DNA from: Paramecium tetraurelia
Lineage: Eukaryota
DNA length: 64,000 bases
Direction of reading: 5' to 3'
Assembly: GCA_000165425.1 (NCBI GenBank)
Contig: CT868119.1
Span: forward strand, 124,001 to 188,000
Positions within the stretch are counted from its first letter, which is position 1; every line of letters starts with the position of its first letter. The position numbers were made by a program, and so were the translations under genes. Positions 1 through 13,100 of this stretch are shown here, in pieces. The notes below the pieces were generated by a model that was not told the DNA's origin, did no database searches, and saw nothing but the letters and a program-made list of their open reading frames with translations.

Positions 1-3000
1 AACTTGTTTATTCTAATGCTACCAATTAATAACCTTATAATCTCTTTAGTTACAAGTAATTCATTAAATGATCTTCCTTGATTTCTAAAATTGGTAAATG
101 CTATTCAGCACTCACACTAACAGCCTAATATTATTCATCCTATAAGATCTTTTTGTTGGGTAACACTAATTCTCTGCATCCAAATATTTCACAAGTTCTA
201 GTCAGATGACCAAAATTAGGTATTTTTTCTAACAAAGTTGCTACAACAATGATGTCTCCTACAATTTATCTTGGTTGATATGCCTTAAATAAATCAAATT
301 AATCCATTATCAAATTGATTTTCCTTTAGAAATTTAGTTATTACGAATATTGTGTACTCAACTATTATCTTTCGACATATTAAAACCAAGGAGGAGGGGG
401 ATTTTCACTCATATTGTCTTCACTTTTGAGTTCAGCAATAGTTTGAGTGCATGTGTTCTTGAGTATTTCAATTATGGATGGATGAATAATCTCACCGAAT
501 GTATCAAATTATATTGTTAATATTCCATCCAAATCGAAAGTTACCATCAATTTTTCATATCTTTCAATCAAAGCACCAATATTCTTAATGATCTTCTAGC
601 ATTCCCTATTACTTTCAAAATATTCAATGAAGTCCTTGTATTCCAATTTCTGCTTCTTTATGTATTATAAACAAGTAGTTTGACAAAGAGATCTGATGTA
701 GGCTACATTTGAACTAACTAAAGGAAATAGTTTATCAAAGAATTTCTATGAGAACTTATTTTATTAATTATGCAATAGGAAAATACACGATATGAAAGTA
801 GTAGGGATTTGGATATTTACTTTTAATTTTGGATCACTCAAAGTTTAAATAATTCTTGGAGCCCAGATATCAGGGTAATTATCTATCAAAAAACTCATCA
901 TCAACTCAATATATTATCTATACTGAGGATTGTTCAAAGTATCGAAAGCCTTCCAAATTAACTATTCCAATTCTACTAAATATTTCTTATCATCGCCAAA
1001 CACTTTCTGATAATTTTCTGGCTTCAATAAAAATTTTAAGCAACAAATATTCTACCATACATGCAATTTCATCCTGAATTATTTAGTGTATTGCATATAA
1101 GCATTCTTGTATCTATCCTTAATTGATACTTCTATCAAGAATTTAATGTAATACAACAATTCCTTTTCATACCCTCCTTGCTTTCCCAATTCAAATAAGA
1201 AATTGAATATCAAAAACCTTGGATATGCCCCAAAAAATTCCCCTTTGCATGAAATCAAATGCTTAACATTGTTTGCCAATGGGACGTATTATTCTGATGA
1301 TGCCAAAATTTCAGAAGAATCATACCCTCTCAATTCACTCCCTTTTATTAACTTAAATAGTATATAGTAAAATGTTGGTAATCTATTAGGATGTTTATGT
1401 AAACATATAATTAAATTATTTGCTATCTTCCTTTGTATAACCCATTGTTTTTAGTGCTGTTTCATTATCACTCTAATAACCTATTCAACTGCCTCATATA
1501 ATTCTCCTTCAAAAAAGCATGGATCAATAATAAAATCTACATATGCTAATATTTCATCTAAATTAGTATGAGTTCCAAACACATGCATCATCTATTGAAA
1601 AGAGTTTATTGCAACTTACTTAAATTGTTCACTTGATTCTTTATTGAATGCTATCTCTGGTCCATACACCGATCTTAATAATTAATACAAAGTTATTGAA
1701 TCATAAGCATTGAATTAATCAGTGATATCAATTATATTACTGATTAAATTTTATACTTAAGTATGGTATTCTTAAGGTTTATGATTTACTTCTCTGAATA
1801 ATGTTAAGATGTGACTTAAATAGTGTAAAGTCAAGTTTTTTAATTATCTATCTTACTCAATGCATTGCAATTTGCTTAATAATTACAAACCATATTTTAA
1901 AAATAGTTCTTCAACAAATAATCCTGTTTTATTTCTTTTGGCTTATTGTAATGCTATATTTGTAGCCTTTAAAGTCTTAATTAACAATTCTAAATGAATT
2001 ATATTGAAGTTATCAAACTATTACTAAAACAAGAAACCAACAAACTTACTCATCTATTAAGTCAATAATGGAACTGATTCAAAATGCTATAATGAAGCTA
2101 TCCAAAGCTCTTCAGTGACAATCATAGCCCCTTCCAAATCCAGAGTTAAATAGGCAAATAACCCAGAACTTATTTATTCTAAAAATTGGACTTGATTAGA
2201 TGTTTTTAAGATGTAATTTAGTTATTCTAAGATTCTATGTTTAGTTTCTTTTTAAGTATAAGTACTGGTGTATATTTGTTATAATTATGATATAATTGGT
2301 TGATAAAAGGTTAAGAATAACTTATGATCTTAAGTCAAATGGTATATTACAGCATATTAATGGTAATTTGAATTCAGATCAAATGCTTATTGTTATTCTT
2401 ATGCATACACTAAAAATTCTTCAGTTATCAATGATTTCAAGAGTTCTGCAATGTTGTTCAAAAAAAGACAATCGAAAGGGATTACTTTGATGAGTTAAAA
2501 TAATTATTCAGGATTAGTATTCTATTTAAATAAATGGAGCACGGCTTATAATAATTGTATTCTTTTTCTTAAATTTAATCTCATTAAAGTTTATTCAATG
2601 AATTGAACGAGTAATGCAAATTATGTAATTTCTACTTTAACATCTTTCAAGGATACACTAAAAGCTCCAACAGCCAATGGGTATTATATATTTCGAACCA
2701 TTTATATAATTACATCATCAATATAAGGAATCTTTGCTAAGAACTATTTAAGAAGTTCAAAAAATTTAGAGTCTCCTTCCAAAGGAGTGTCAAGATAAAA
2801 TACTGGCTTATTCAAAACTGGTATAATTATTTCAATGATTAAAGGCTTAAGATAATTGACATCAATTTATTTTTTGAATAAGGATTTAATACAATTCTTG
2901 ATTGTTTTTTCATTTGAGTGTTATGCTGCTTTATTGATTAGAATGAATAATGGTTTAATATTTTAGAATAATTATCTTTTCAGTTCATTGTCTATTTTAA

Positions 3001-4014
3001 ATTGTTATTATTGGGTAAATGGATCCATTTTAACCCACACATCCTTTGTTAAATGAGTTCCAAAGCTATCTAGTGTAATAAATAAGTCTGTAAACAATTT
3101 GAAATGCTATTATATCTTTTCATCATCAACATTAATTAAAACTTCATTTAAAACAGCAACACAAATTTTATTATTGGTGAGATCAGAGTAAACTTAATAG
3201 GAATCATGTAAAGCTTACCAAAATTATTCATATACCATTAATTACTTAACACTCTTACTGAATAAAGCGATTTTTATTAGTTCACTACAATGTAATTTGA
3301 AATCTACATTCTTTGGATTGTGTTGTTGGAAGATCTAGGGTAGATACTTGACAAAATTCAATCTAATTTCATCATCATTTATAATGAAAGCATAGATAAT
3401 TGATCTGATTTCTTAGAATTATTGAGCAACGAACTTTTAACTTTTCTCGGTGTAAATATCTTCTGAAAATAATACGAATTCCATGGCTCTATCCAAAACC
3501 CATTGTTTTTGCACTTTTAATAAAGAAAATAAGTTCTTGTATAACTTTTTCACTTTATCAACTATGATCATTGTTTGATCATTTACATTCAAAAGACTCT
3601 CATAAATAGGCTTAACTATTTTCTCTATGTATCCCTAAGTTGAAATATAATTAGAACATAGATTTCTCAATTGTTCCTCTGTGCAAATCGAGAGTATTCT
3701 TTTTGTGGCTATAAATCGATGAATTAATTACTTTGTAGATTATCAATTGAAATTTCAAAGGTTCTCTCAATTAATTCCATGGAAACTTCACATTTCAATC
3801 TTTTGTAGCATAATATCAAAATATCTATGTTTGGTTAAGAAATCCATTCAGATTTAAGTTCATTTGTCAATGCTTGATTCAATGCTTCTTAAACTTCTTC
3901 TTTCTGGTATTTATGGACACAAATATCAATCAGGGGCTTTAAGGATACGTGTTTGCCACTGGACTTTTTTTGTTCCACATATTCTTAAATTTGTAATAAT
4001 TCTTTCACAAACAT
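1..4014 (-). CDS. TRM3: tRNA (guanosine-18 2'-O)-methyltransferase TRM3/TARBP1-like (SpoU domain at C-terminus; runs off the window start)
   Basis: With TAA/TAG=Gln the 3' part reads GDIIVVATLLEKIPNFGHLTRTCEIFGCRELVLP...QAVSVSAEQHLPILEI...GYQLVALEQTS, matching the TARBP1/Trm3 SpoU domain. Long helical N-terminal region from ATG at 4014 (MFVKELLQIQEY); not every codon checked. Confidence 0.85.
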
Positions 4015-4053
4015 TCGCAAATTAAAATTTTTATTTATAAATAGTTTAATTAA

Positions 4054-4942
4054 TCATTATTATCCTCTAAATTCTTGTATTTTCTCTAATGTCAACTTTA
4101 TTTCCAATTTGATTTATTTGATAACATTCACATTCTTATTAGGTAGGCCAGTATAATATTCATACTCCATCATTTTTAATTGTAAATACTGATTTAAATC
4201 ATTGATGGATTGAATTTAATTTATTTAATCTGGAGCATAAGCCTTCTAATCTTCATTTATTTTTTCTTTCTTTGGTGTGACCTATTTTTAGACTTTTTAT
4301 TCATTTGTTTAACTTTTTGTTTATTATTAAGGCAGAGAGGGTTATTAATCAGGGTTTTCTTAATAAATCTTAGGTTGGATTCGATTTGATCTTTTCTATT
4401 AAACCCACTATTCCACATTATTAAGATTTCCATTGTCTTTGGTGAGTTTGTTTTTCAGTTGAAGTTTTCTAGTTTCTGAGTTCCAAAGTTTGAAATACAA
4501 ACGAAGACTTCTTTATTGAATTTGCTTGATATTCTAGCTAGTAGTTATATTTGCTATAAAAGCTCTTAGAATTTTGCGTTTAAGTTTTTAAATTTGTTGA
4601 GATCTAAAGTTATTTGCCATTTCCTTTTTATAATGCAAGGTGACTAATCTTTTGCTATTTTAAATAAATCCATTAAAGTATTTTCTGATAAGGAATTTAT
4701 AGTTGAAGATCAACAGTTTCTTGTAGAATAGGTCTCTTTTGTATTTATAGTTCTTCTAGCCATACCAACGCTTGATCCATCCTTAGAATGCATTCTTCAA
4801 TAAATTTTGATCTTTTGTATACATTATCGACATTACAGATTATCTAGATAGTTGCCATAAAATACCTTTGCTTAATTTATTTTTGAGTTATTTTATGCCA
4901 TTGTTTTAAGATCTCAGAAAGGAATTCATATTCATTATTCAT
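4054..4942 (-). CDS. hypothetical basic/low-complexity protein
   Basis: ATG at 4942 (MNNEYEFLSEILKQWHK), tiny GT-AG intron near 4845-4866, ends TAA TAA TGA at 4054. Confidence 0.6.
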
Positions 4943-5029
4943 TTTATTTATATATATATATTGTTTTGAGTGAATAATAACAGAAAGTCAATAGAATAAT
5001 AATTTATAATTTGATTACATAAATGGATG

Positions 5030-6925
5030 TCATAATTAGAAATGCTCCTGTACTTTGGAAATATCCTCAGTTGAACGGTCATCATCTAATTAGGTGATTT
5101 CCTTGATTGCATCATTGTGAACTGCTAATACTGCTCTTCCTGATTCATCTGTATTCTTTTTGAATGCTTCATCCCATTCTAAAGCCTAAAAGATGATAAA
5201 TATAGATAACTTTTTCGGTTGAACAAGCAATGGATCGGGCAAATGGAACAGTTAAAACAGCACTTTCACTAGGGAAATAGGATGAATAAATCTATCTAAA
5301 CCAATATTACTCTTTGTTTCTGGGAGTTGATATTGGATACTTGATAGATGCTTAAGAGAATTCTGAATCCGAAATTAAATAATTGGCTCGTTTCATAATA
5401 CCATCTCTCCAACTATAACCAACTCCGTCACTAAACTATTCCTTTTATCTCCATAATATTTCCTATGGCACAAATGGGTGTTCTAAATCCTCAAATGCCT
5501 TTCTAAGAATGTATTTTTCCATTTGAGGTTCGAAGGCATTAATCATCTTATATTTAGGATCAATTTGCATAACATACTCTATCCATTATTTGTTCATAAA
5601 TGGAGGCCTAGTTTCAATACCCCATGCCAAACAAGCTTTGTTGGCTCTGAGAAGATCATATTTGTGTAAATCATGAAGTTTTCTGATTAATTCTTAATGA
5701 AATTCTACTCTGTTGGGTGCTTTGTGGAAATACAAATATCCACCAAATAACTCATCACTTCCTTCGCCTGTTAAACATATTTTGATTCCCAAAGCTTTGA
5801 TTCTTCTACACATCATATACATAGGTGTTGATGCTCTAATGGTTGTATTATTGAAAGTCTCTGTATGATATATAACTTCAGGGATGTAATCCAATCCTTC
5901 ATCTACTGTGTAGGTGAATGAGTGATGTTCAAATCCATGGAACTCTGCCACCTTCTTAGCATAATGCAAATCTGGAGATCCTTCCAATCCAATGCAAAAT
6001 GAATGAACTTTCCTCATTCCTCTCTTACTCAAATCTATTTCCCCTCTCTTTATTAATTTAGCCACAATTCCAGCCACTATTGAAGAATCAACACTATCAT
6101 AATCATCATAAATAAGGTACCCTCCAGAAATAAACAATCCAAATGGAGCATCGCCTTGAATTTCTCTTCGAACCACTTCCACAAACTTATCTCTCAACAC
6201 TTAAAAATCGATCTCTCCTGTTGGTATATGATCAAAGTTATTCCAAATTGGATTATACCATCTCTTAATCTCATATGTCTCATCAATATAATGACCTAAA
6301 TATTATATATATATATATAACCTGGAGGGAACTATTTGACTTCTATCACCTAATCATGGATTCCTTTCAACTCAGAGGATAAAAATAGAGATCCATCTTC
6401 ATTAAATCCGTAATATAATGGAACTATCCCAATATGATCTCTCCCCGCTTAAAATGATTTCTTACTCATATCAATTAGAACAGTTGCAAACATTCCATTC
6501 AAGTGATTCCAAAAGTTTCCTGCACCGTACTATATTTAATCTACCATTCATACCTCTTTGTATAACATTCCTACTATCTCAGTGTCAGAATTACTGCTAA
6601 ATCGATATTTCTTCTCCAACTCAGGTCTTACATCCCAGTAATCGTATAGCTCCCCATTCTGCATAAAGATTATATTCTCATCATCCACCATCCTAAAAGG
6701 CTGTCTCCCTTTATCACTTAGATCTACTAATCCCAACCTTTCGTGGGAAATCACATGATACAGCCCAGGGCTGATTTCCTTAAAATTACTCAAAATGATT
6801 ACAAGAACAATTATCTTTGATCTATCCGGACCTCTATGTCTTATTCTTCTTGATAGCTCATAAGCTTTTGCTCTTACTTAAACTTCTGTTCCTTTTACAT
6901 TTAAAATTGCCAAAATCCCACACAT
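5030..6925 (-). CDS. ASNS: asparagine synthetase (glutamine-hydrolysing, AsnB type)
   Basis: MCGILAI start, RHRGPD, HERL, NGELY, SDTE, SGG/VDSS PP-loop (split by an intron), LTGEGSDELFGGYLYFH, RQKEQFSDGVG; five tiny introns. Confidence 0.97.
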
Positions 6926-7556
6926 TGATCAAATAAAGATTATATCCCTCCTCTAACTTTTTCTAAACTTAAATAGGAAGAATAATTCGTAGTTTAGAAT
7001 ACTATCATTAATAAATTGACGAAGAAACTTCAATACCTACTAATTATATAAAACGATTTAAATTCATTAATAATAACTTGTATTAATCATTATCAATTTT
7101 ATTAAATTTAATAATCATCATGAAATATATATTTACAATCCCACTATTTTAAATCGCGCTTTACCTATGATTGGAAAGTCAATTATTTTCAGAATATTCT
7201 TAATATTTAATCGATAAAATTATTCTACATTATTTAAGCGGTTTATTAAAAAATTGGAAAGTCATCGTTCTTGATTCAAAAACAAAGGCCATATTTAATT
7301 TAACTGCTGGCAATTAAATATATGAATCTGTTAAATTCTAATATTCGTGTTGGAACTATGTTGATAATTTAAAAACTAAACATCAAATATAACATAGTCT
7401 CAACATCAGGAAGATATAAATTGTTGATTTAACTTCATTATGAAATTTTAAACTAAAAACTTTATTAGGAGAATAAATTTAAGTGGTATAGAGATAAATA
7501 TAAATTTCTTATTCTATTTAATTTTATAAATTATCCTTTTTAATAAATAAAAAGTA

Positions 7557-7629
7557 AGAGAGTATCAGGATTCGCACCTGAGGCCTGCGAGACTTGCAAT
7601 CTGCTGCTCTACTCCTGAGCTATACTCCC
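7557..7629 (-). tRNA. tRNA-Cys(GCA), non-canonical (A18, G55, extra base in anticodon stem)
   Basis: GGGAGTA TA GCTC AGGAGTA GAGC A GCAGA TTGCAAG TCTCGC AGGCC TCAGG TGCGAAT CCTGA TACTCTC T folds as a cloverleaf; GCA anticodon, U73 discriminator, T-run downstream. Confidence 0.85.
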
Positions 7630-7693
7630 TTGTTGGTTTTTGTTTATATATTTTTATTGTAGGCAAAATGAAAATTTTTTGTATATATAATAA

Positions 7694-8361
7694 TCACTTT
7701 TTTTCCTTAATATTGTAAATTGTAATCTAATTATTTAGAAAAGAATTCTTTCCAAATGGAAGTTTGCTTTCTTGCAATTTGAATTTTGCAGATAATTTTG
7801 AGTATCTTGTATTCTACTTCTGCTCATTCAAGTATTTTAGTGAACTCATTCTTCTGGGCATATGATAAAATGGATTTTTTCCAATATTTGTTCTAAATAT
7901 GTTATATCCAAATAGCTTCTTATAGCTTTTTATTAAATGTAAAGCATTATTTTACAATTGATCTGGTGTTTTGTAAGAATTATTGAATCTAAATTAAAAT
8001 AAATCAAATAAATCCTCGTATCTACATTCATCTTACCATATATTAATTGAATCCTATGATTATTCGCTATCTGATTGATTCTAATCATTGTCATTCTTAA
8101 GTTAACAAACAAGGGTAGGTTCTTTGTTCTGTTTTTGTAAATTTTCCTCGATAAAAGAAATTGATCTTTTTGAAATTTTCACTTCGAACTAATTATAACT
8201 CTTTAATTTTGAAGCTAAATTCACATATGTTAATTACGTGTTGTGTTCTATCGTTAGGTTCCTTTGCCATTGTTATTTTGATTCGTTTATAGAAGGTTTT
8301 GTGAAGAAGGAATCTTATATTATTTAGGCACTATATTTTCTTTATTACACGAGGTTTTCAT
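7694..8361 (-). CDS. hypothetical protein (~214 aa)
   Basis: Open frame MKTSCNKENIVPK... to TGA at 7694 after removing one 23-nt intron. Confidence 0.6.
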
Positions 8362-8928
8362 TATATGAAAAAATAAATTGTGTTTTTTTACTTCGAAACT
8401 CACTTCGAAATATGAACTAAAATTTTTTATGGATATAAGATTGTAACAACTCTAATTATTTTAAAAAATAATAAAATAATCAAAAAATTTATAATTATTA
8501 TTATTCTTTTTAAAATTTATATATTTCTTTTTTCAATCAAATGACTATTCTCTAAAGATTTGATAAGCATCAATAGATCTGTGATTATGTGAATATCAAA
8601 AATGTTAATTTTTTTGAGAAGTCAAAAAAAGTATAAAAATTACAATCCTAATTTATTATATTGTCTTCCTTAGCCAAATTAGACTAAAGATTTGATTATT
8701 ACTTTTAAATTAGAATTTTGAACACCTTATTTATGAATCAAATAGAATTATTAATATCATAGAATAATAATTTAATATTAATTCAGAATATTAACCATTC
8801 ATATCTATAATGCAAATGAAATTAAAATAGAGAATCTAATTCAAAATATAATTTAATGTCATAACGACTTTAATAATTTATATATGCAACAAGAATATAA
8901 TACTATTTTTTAATGATAACAATCTAAA

Positions 8929-10131
8929 TCATTTCTTTCCAAAAGAAGTTTAATTGGCCATTTCTAAAACTTGTTATTTGAAAATGTGAATAACTTCATC
9001 GATTATAGCATTTTCCTCTAGGAATATATGATAGATTAATACCATCTCTTCTATTTAATTCAGTTTCATATAAATCTCTAAGTTCGTATAATGAAGCTGT
9101 TGCTGCATTGATTGCATTTTAAGAATCTTTTAAGACACTATTTGCTTTAGCTTGAACTGCTAAGGCAGCTTGTTCTTGCTAAACACTATAGAATGAGATT
9201 GAATACCACTACTAATTTGTCTTATAATTAAGTCTTTCTTTGGATTTCATCATTCAAATGAGCAACCTCAGACTCTGTGTCAGCTAACCAATCTGCTAAT
9301 TAATAATAGGCAGCAATTTCGTTAGCCTCCAAATTAGCTAATGATGACTTTAGTTAATCTTCAAGATCAGATAAAGCATTGTATACTAATTAACCAACAT
9401 TAAGTCCTGGTTATCTGTCAGATGATGATGATCCTCCTTCTTATCCTAATGCATGTAATTCAGCATTTCCTGAGGCTTGTTCAGCAGCTAATTAGGCAAA
9501 TTTAGTCATGGCATCTTAATTGAAGAGTTGACTGTATTATTTCAATTTATCTGAAACATTTTGAACACTCACTTCGACTAAAGATGATGGTTAACCGGTT
9601 AAATATCCACTCAAATCATTCTTTAAGACTCTAATAACTCCTAAGGCATCATTATGTTATTTAATGGCTCTAACAAACAAACCATTTGAAAAGCATCTCA
9701 ATTCTTGTAATTCAACTGATCTTCTGTCAATATCAGCCAATCTTTAGGTAGCCCATGCGATATAATCTGTTGCTTCCTACACAATAATTTATATTATAGT
9801 TACTCTGTATTCAACTCCGATTTATTCTCTTCTTGCTTTTGCACTTGCCCATGCCTTTTAATTGAGTTCGTTGACTTTTGAAAGTGCAGCAATTCTAGCT
9901 TATCCAATTTCTTCATCTGATATATTTTTTTCGTCAGCAACACCTTAAGCTTCAATGTTACTTGTTTTCAAATCATTCAATAAATCATATACTGCTTAGA
10001 CTGCATCATTCGATTCTGATCCTGTCTATTAATTTATTCACATCCTTTACCTATAATAATAGAGAGAAATCTATTTCAAAGGCCTGTGTGCAAACCAAAG
10101 CTAATAGCCCAACAATAATGAATTTATTCAT
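8929..10131 (-). CDS. trichocyst matrix protein (TMP/Grl-like) precursor
   Basis: Signal peptide MNKFIIVGLLALVCTQA, then AVQAVYDLLNDLK, acidic heptad helices, RCFSN and SLVE motifs, ~380 aa; 25- and 27-nt introns. Confidence 0.8.
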
Positions 10132-10198
10132 TTCTTAATATTAATAACTATGTATTATATAAAAACGGGTATTACTAATAAATTAATTATTTTAATAT

Positions 10199-13100
10199 TC
10201 ATTAATTTAGCATTTTCTCTAACTCCCCCACTTTTTTCTCCAATAAATTCATGTGATTAGTTTGTTCCAACCTTAATTCGATGAATTTTATTTATTACTG
10301 ACTCAAGAATTCAACCAAAGGTTTCCAATGGATATTTTGTCTTCGCACTATTGAAACAAATTACTCTACAGTTTTATCAAAGTCGATTTTGAGCAACTCC
10401 ACAATTTGATTTATGTGCGTATCCCTCGATCTTCTTTGTTTTGCTAAATTATTCTCTTATAATTCTAGCAACCAATGTCTCAAAAGAGAATTCTCATTCG
10501 TTAATTACATAATACATTGACTAACTCTGACACCATCATTAAAGTGTAACAGATAAATCACTGTAGATTTAAGAGCTTTTAATAAGAAATCCTGAGACTC
10601 TTAGAATTCTAAATTAGACTCTGGTCTTGAGCATAGTAGTAAATATTTATTAATCTTTTCTAAGATTGCTTACAATTATTGCCACTAGAATTAACTTTTA
10701 ACTTATCCCACCGATTTGCTCAAACATTTGGTAATTAATGTATAAAATTATTTTGATTATTTATCTTATTCTTTCACCTTTATTAAAATATCTAAAAATG
10801 CTAGATACAAACTAGATAATTCTTAATTATTTAAGATCTTAATTAAATTTTGATTTATAAAACTATAGCAACTTTTTTGAGCTCCATCTTTGTTGCCTAT
10901 TTTTGTTGATTCTTCAACCATTTTAAATATCAATATATCAAATATGACATAAAACTTATCATATGATATTAATTTCAAAAATTGTCCCGATGATAATATA
11001 TGAACAAGCTTTTCTAATAATTAATTAAGATTATCACATGATTATTCTTTAATGAAATTATTTAACAAAAATATTATCTAATCTGCTAATATTTGAGGAT
11101 TCTCAAAATTATTGGTTTCTCTATATTTATAATACAGCTGTTAAAATATTCTAGCATTCTAATCAAACTCAATTTCCATTTAAGTTGGAACATTTTATTG
11201 TTATTGAATTAGGTTTTTATTTCCACTATTAATTTGAGAGTTAATTTATGGAATACCTGGGATTCCAATGAAAGGGATGGTTTTGGCTGGAAAATTCTTT
11301 TTTTCTGAGTTGGTTTATTCAGGTTTTAATTATTCTGCAACAAATAAAGGATTAAATCTTGAGCCATTTTACTCTTCATATTAATTATTATCATTATTTA
11401 GAGGTTTCTAAAGTATTGTAGAATGCTAGAATTGTTGGGGAGTTACTTAGACGATTTATTTATTAATGATCACACTCTCCTCTTTCCAAATCAAAGATAT
11501 TAATTAAGCTATCAGTTACTTTTATTAAATAGTGCTACTCATATTCCAATCTTTTGAATTCTCGAACATAATTTGTATCAATTGGTTTGCTTGTTGATTA
11601 GATTATTCATCGAATTCCTCGAATGAAACTAATAATGGCTACTAGAAACAATATTTTTTATACTCACTCAAAATATTCATTAGAAATGGTAATGTTCTTT
11701 ATGCTAATTTTGGAACTCCATTTCTAAAATATACTAAAATCATCATTTTTATGTAAGAAAATATTATCTATTATTCTAAGAATGTTGGTATATGCTAGGT
11801 TATTAAAACCTGGAATAATTATGAGATTTCTTATTGCAAAGGGATATTTTCTTTCATCCATGATATCAAGTAAGCCCACTTAAAAAATATTTCACTGAAT
11901 TCTCCAGGCTATGGCATTTTGGTTTTAATATATGCAGCTGCTAGTTGGTTTTATTATATGTTATAGCTAAACATCTTTTCATAGAGTACTTAAGGAATTT
12001 AAGGAACTTTTAACTGTTCCTTAATTCTTTCAAAGTGTTAATCACTAAATGTATTTAATGGAAAAGGTGCCATAGGTTTTTCTTCCGATTAAATTTTCTT
12101 AACTTCAAATAATTGCTTTAGCGCAATTTGGCATTCTTAAACCAAGGATCTTGTCTTCAAATTAGATAAATGTTAATGGTTTTTAAGAAATTCAGAAATG
12201 ATCTATTGATCAATGTTTTTCTCACTTTGTGGTATATATTTTAATAAAATATTAAGCACTTCTATAAGCTAACTCTAAGTAGATGCATTTTTAAATGTTG
12301 TAATTAGTTATGTTAAGTGATTAGGCTTATAGGTTTGAGCACATTTATCAAATAATTAATAGCATAGTGGCTTTTATTCAGCCATTTTATCAATGATAAA
12401 TTCCATAGTTGTACTTAAGATATATTTAGATTACTAAGTAATTTGTAGTAAAATGCTTCCTAATTCTGATTAGTCTTTATTTTTAGCTGATTTATACTAT
12501 TTTAAGAATGCATCAACTTAATTTGGAGTCATGGCAGTTGAATATGATTAATCTTAAGTTTCGAATGTATTCAACTAATTGACATGAAGTGGTTTATTAA
12601 TGTTAGGTTATAAGGATTATTATTTTTATGAATTGGCAATTGGAGTTGATTGTTAGAATTATAAATTTTCTTTATTTGGTATAAATTATTATTATTATTA
12701 TTATTATTCCACACCATCTTTTCCTGATAGTGCTTTAATTCCTTCCATATATATGTTTACCTAATTCTGATATTTAGTGAATTTATCACCTTTCAAATCT
12801 GAAACCATGACTCCATTATATAATTTAGCAGATATCTTAGCCAACAACATGATTGATTTGGCTCTTACATCAGCATTACCATCTTCTGTCAATTTCTTAC
12901 ATATGGGGAGTAATTATTTAATGCTTTAGAGTTTGGTCAATTTATCTTTAGAGGTTTCATCTAAATAATAATCAACTATTATAAAAACATTGACTTTTGG
13001 CCCTGGAGCTTTGTCTTCCAACAGGGTTTTGAGTTCCTCAAAGAGTTCATCAAGATTACAACAATAAAACAGTTTTTTAATTGCTGAAATAGTTTCATCA

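Noticed and set aside
1..7629. TRM3 (G18 methyltransferase) lying 3.5 kb from a tRNA that lacks G18
   Set aside because: Two unrelated genes intervene and nothing in the sequence links them mechanistically; treated as coincidence
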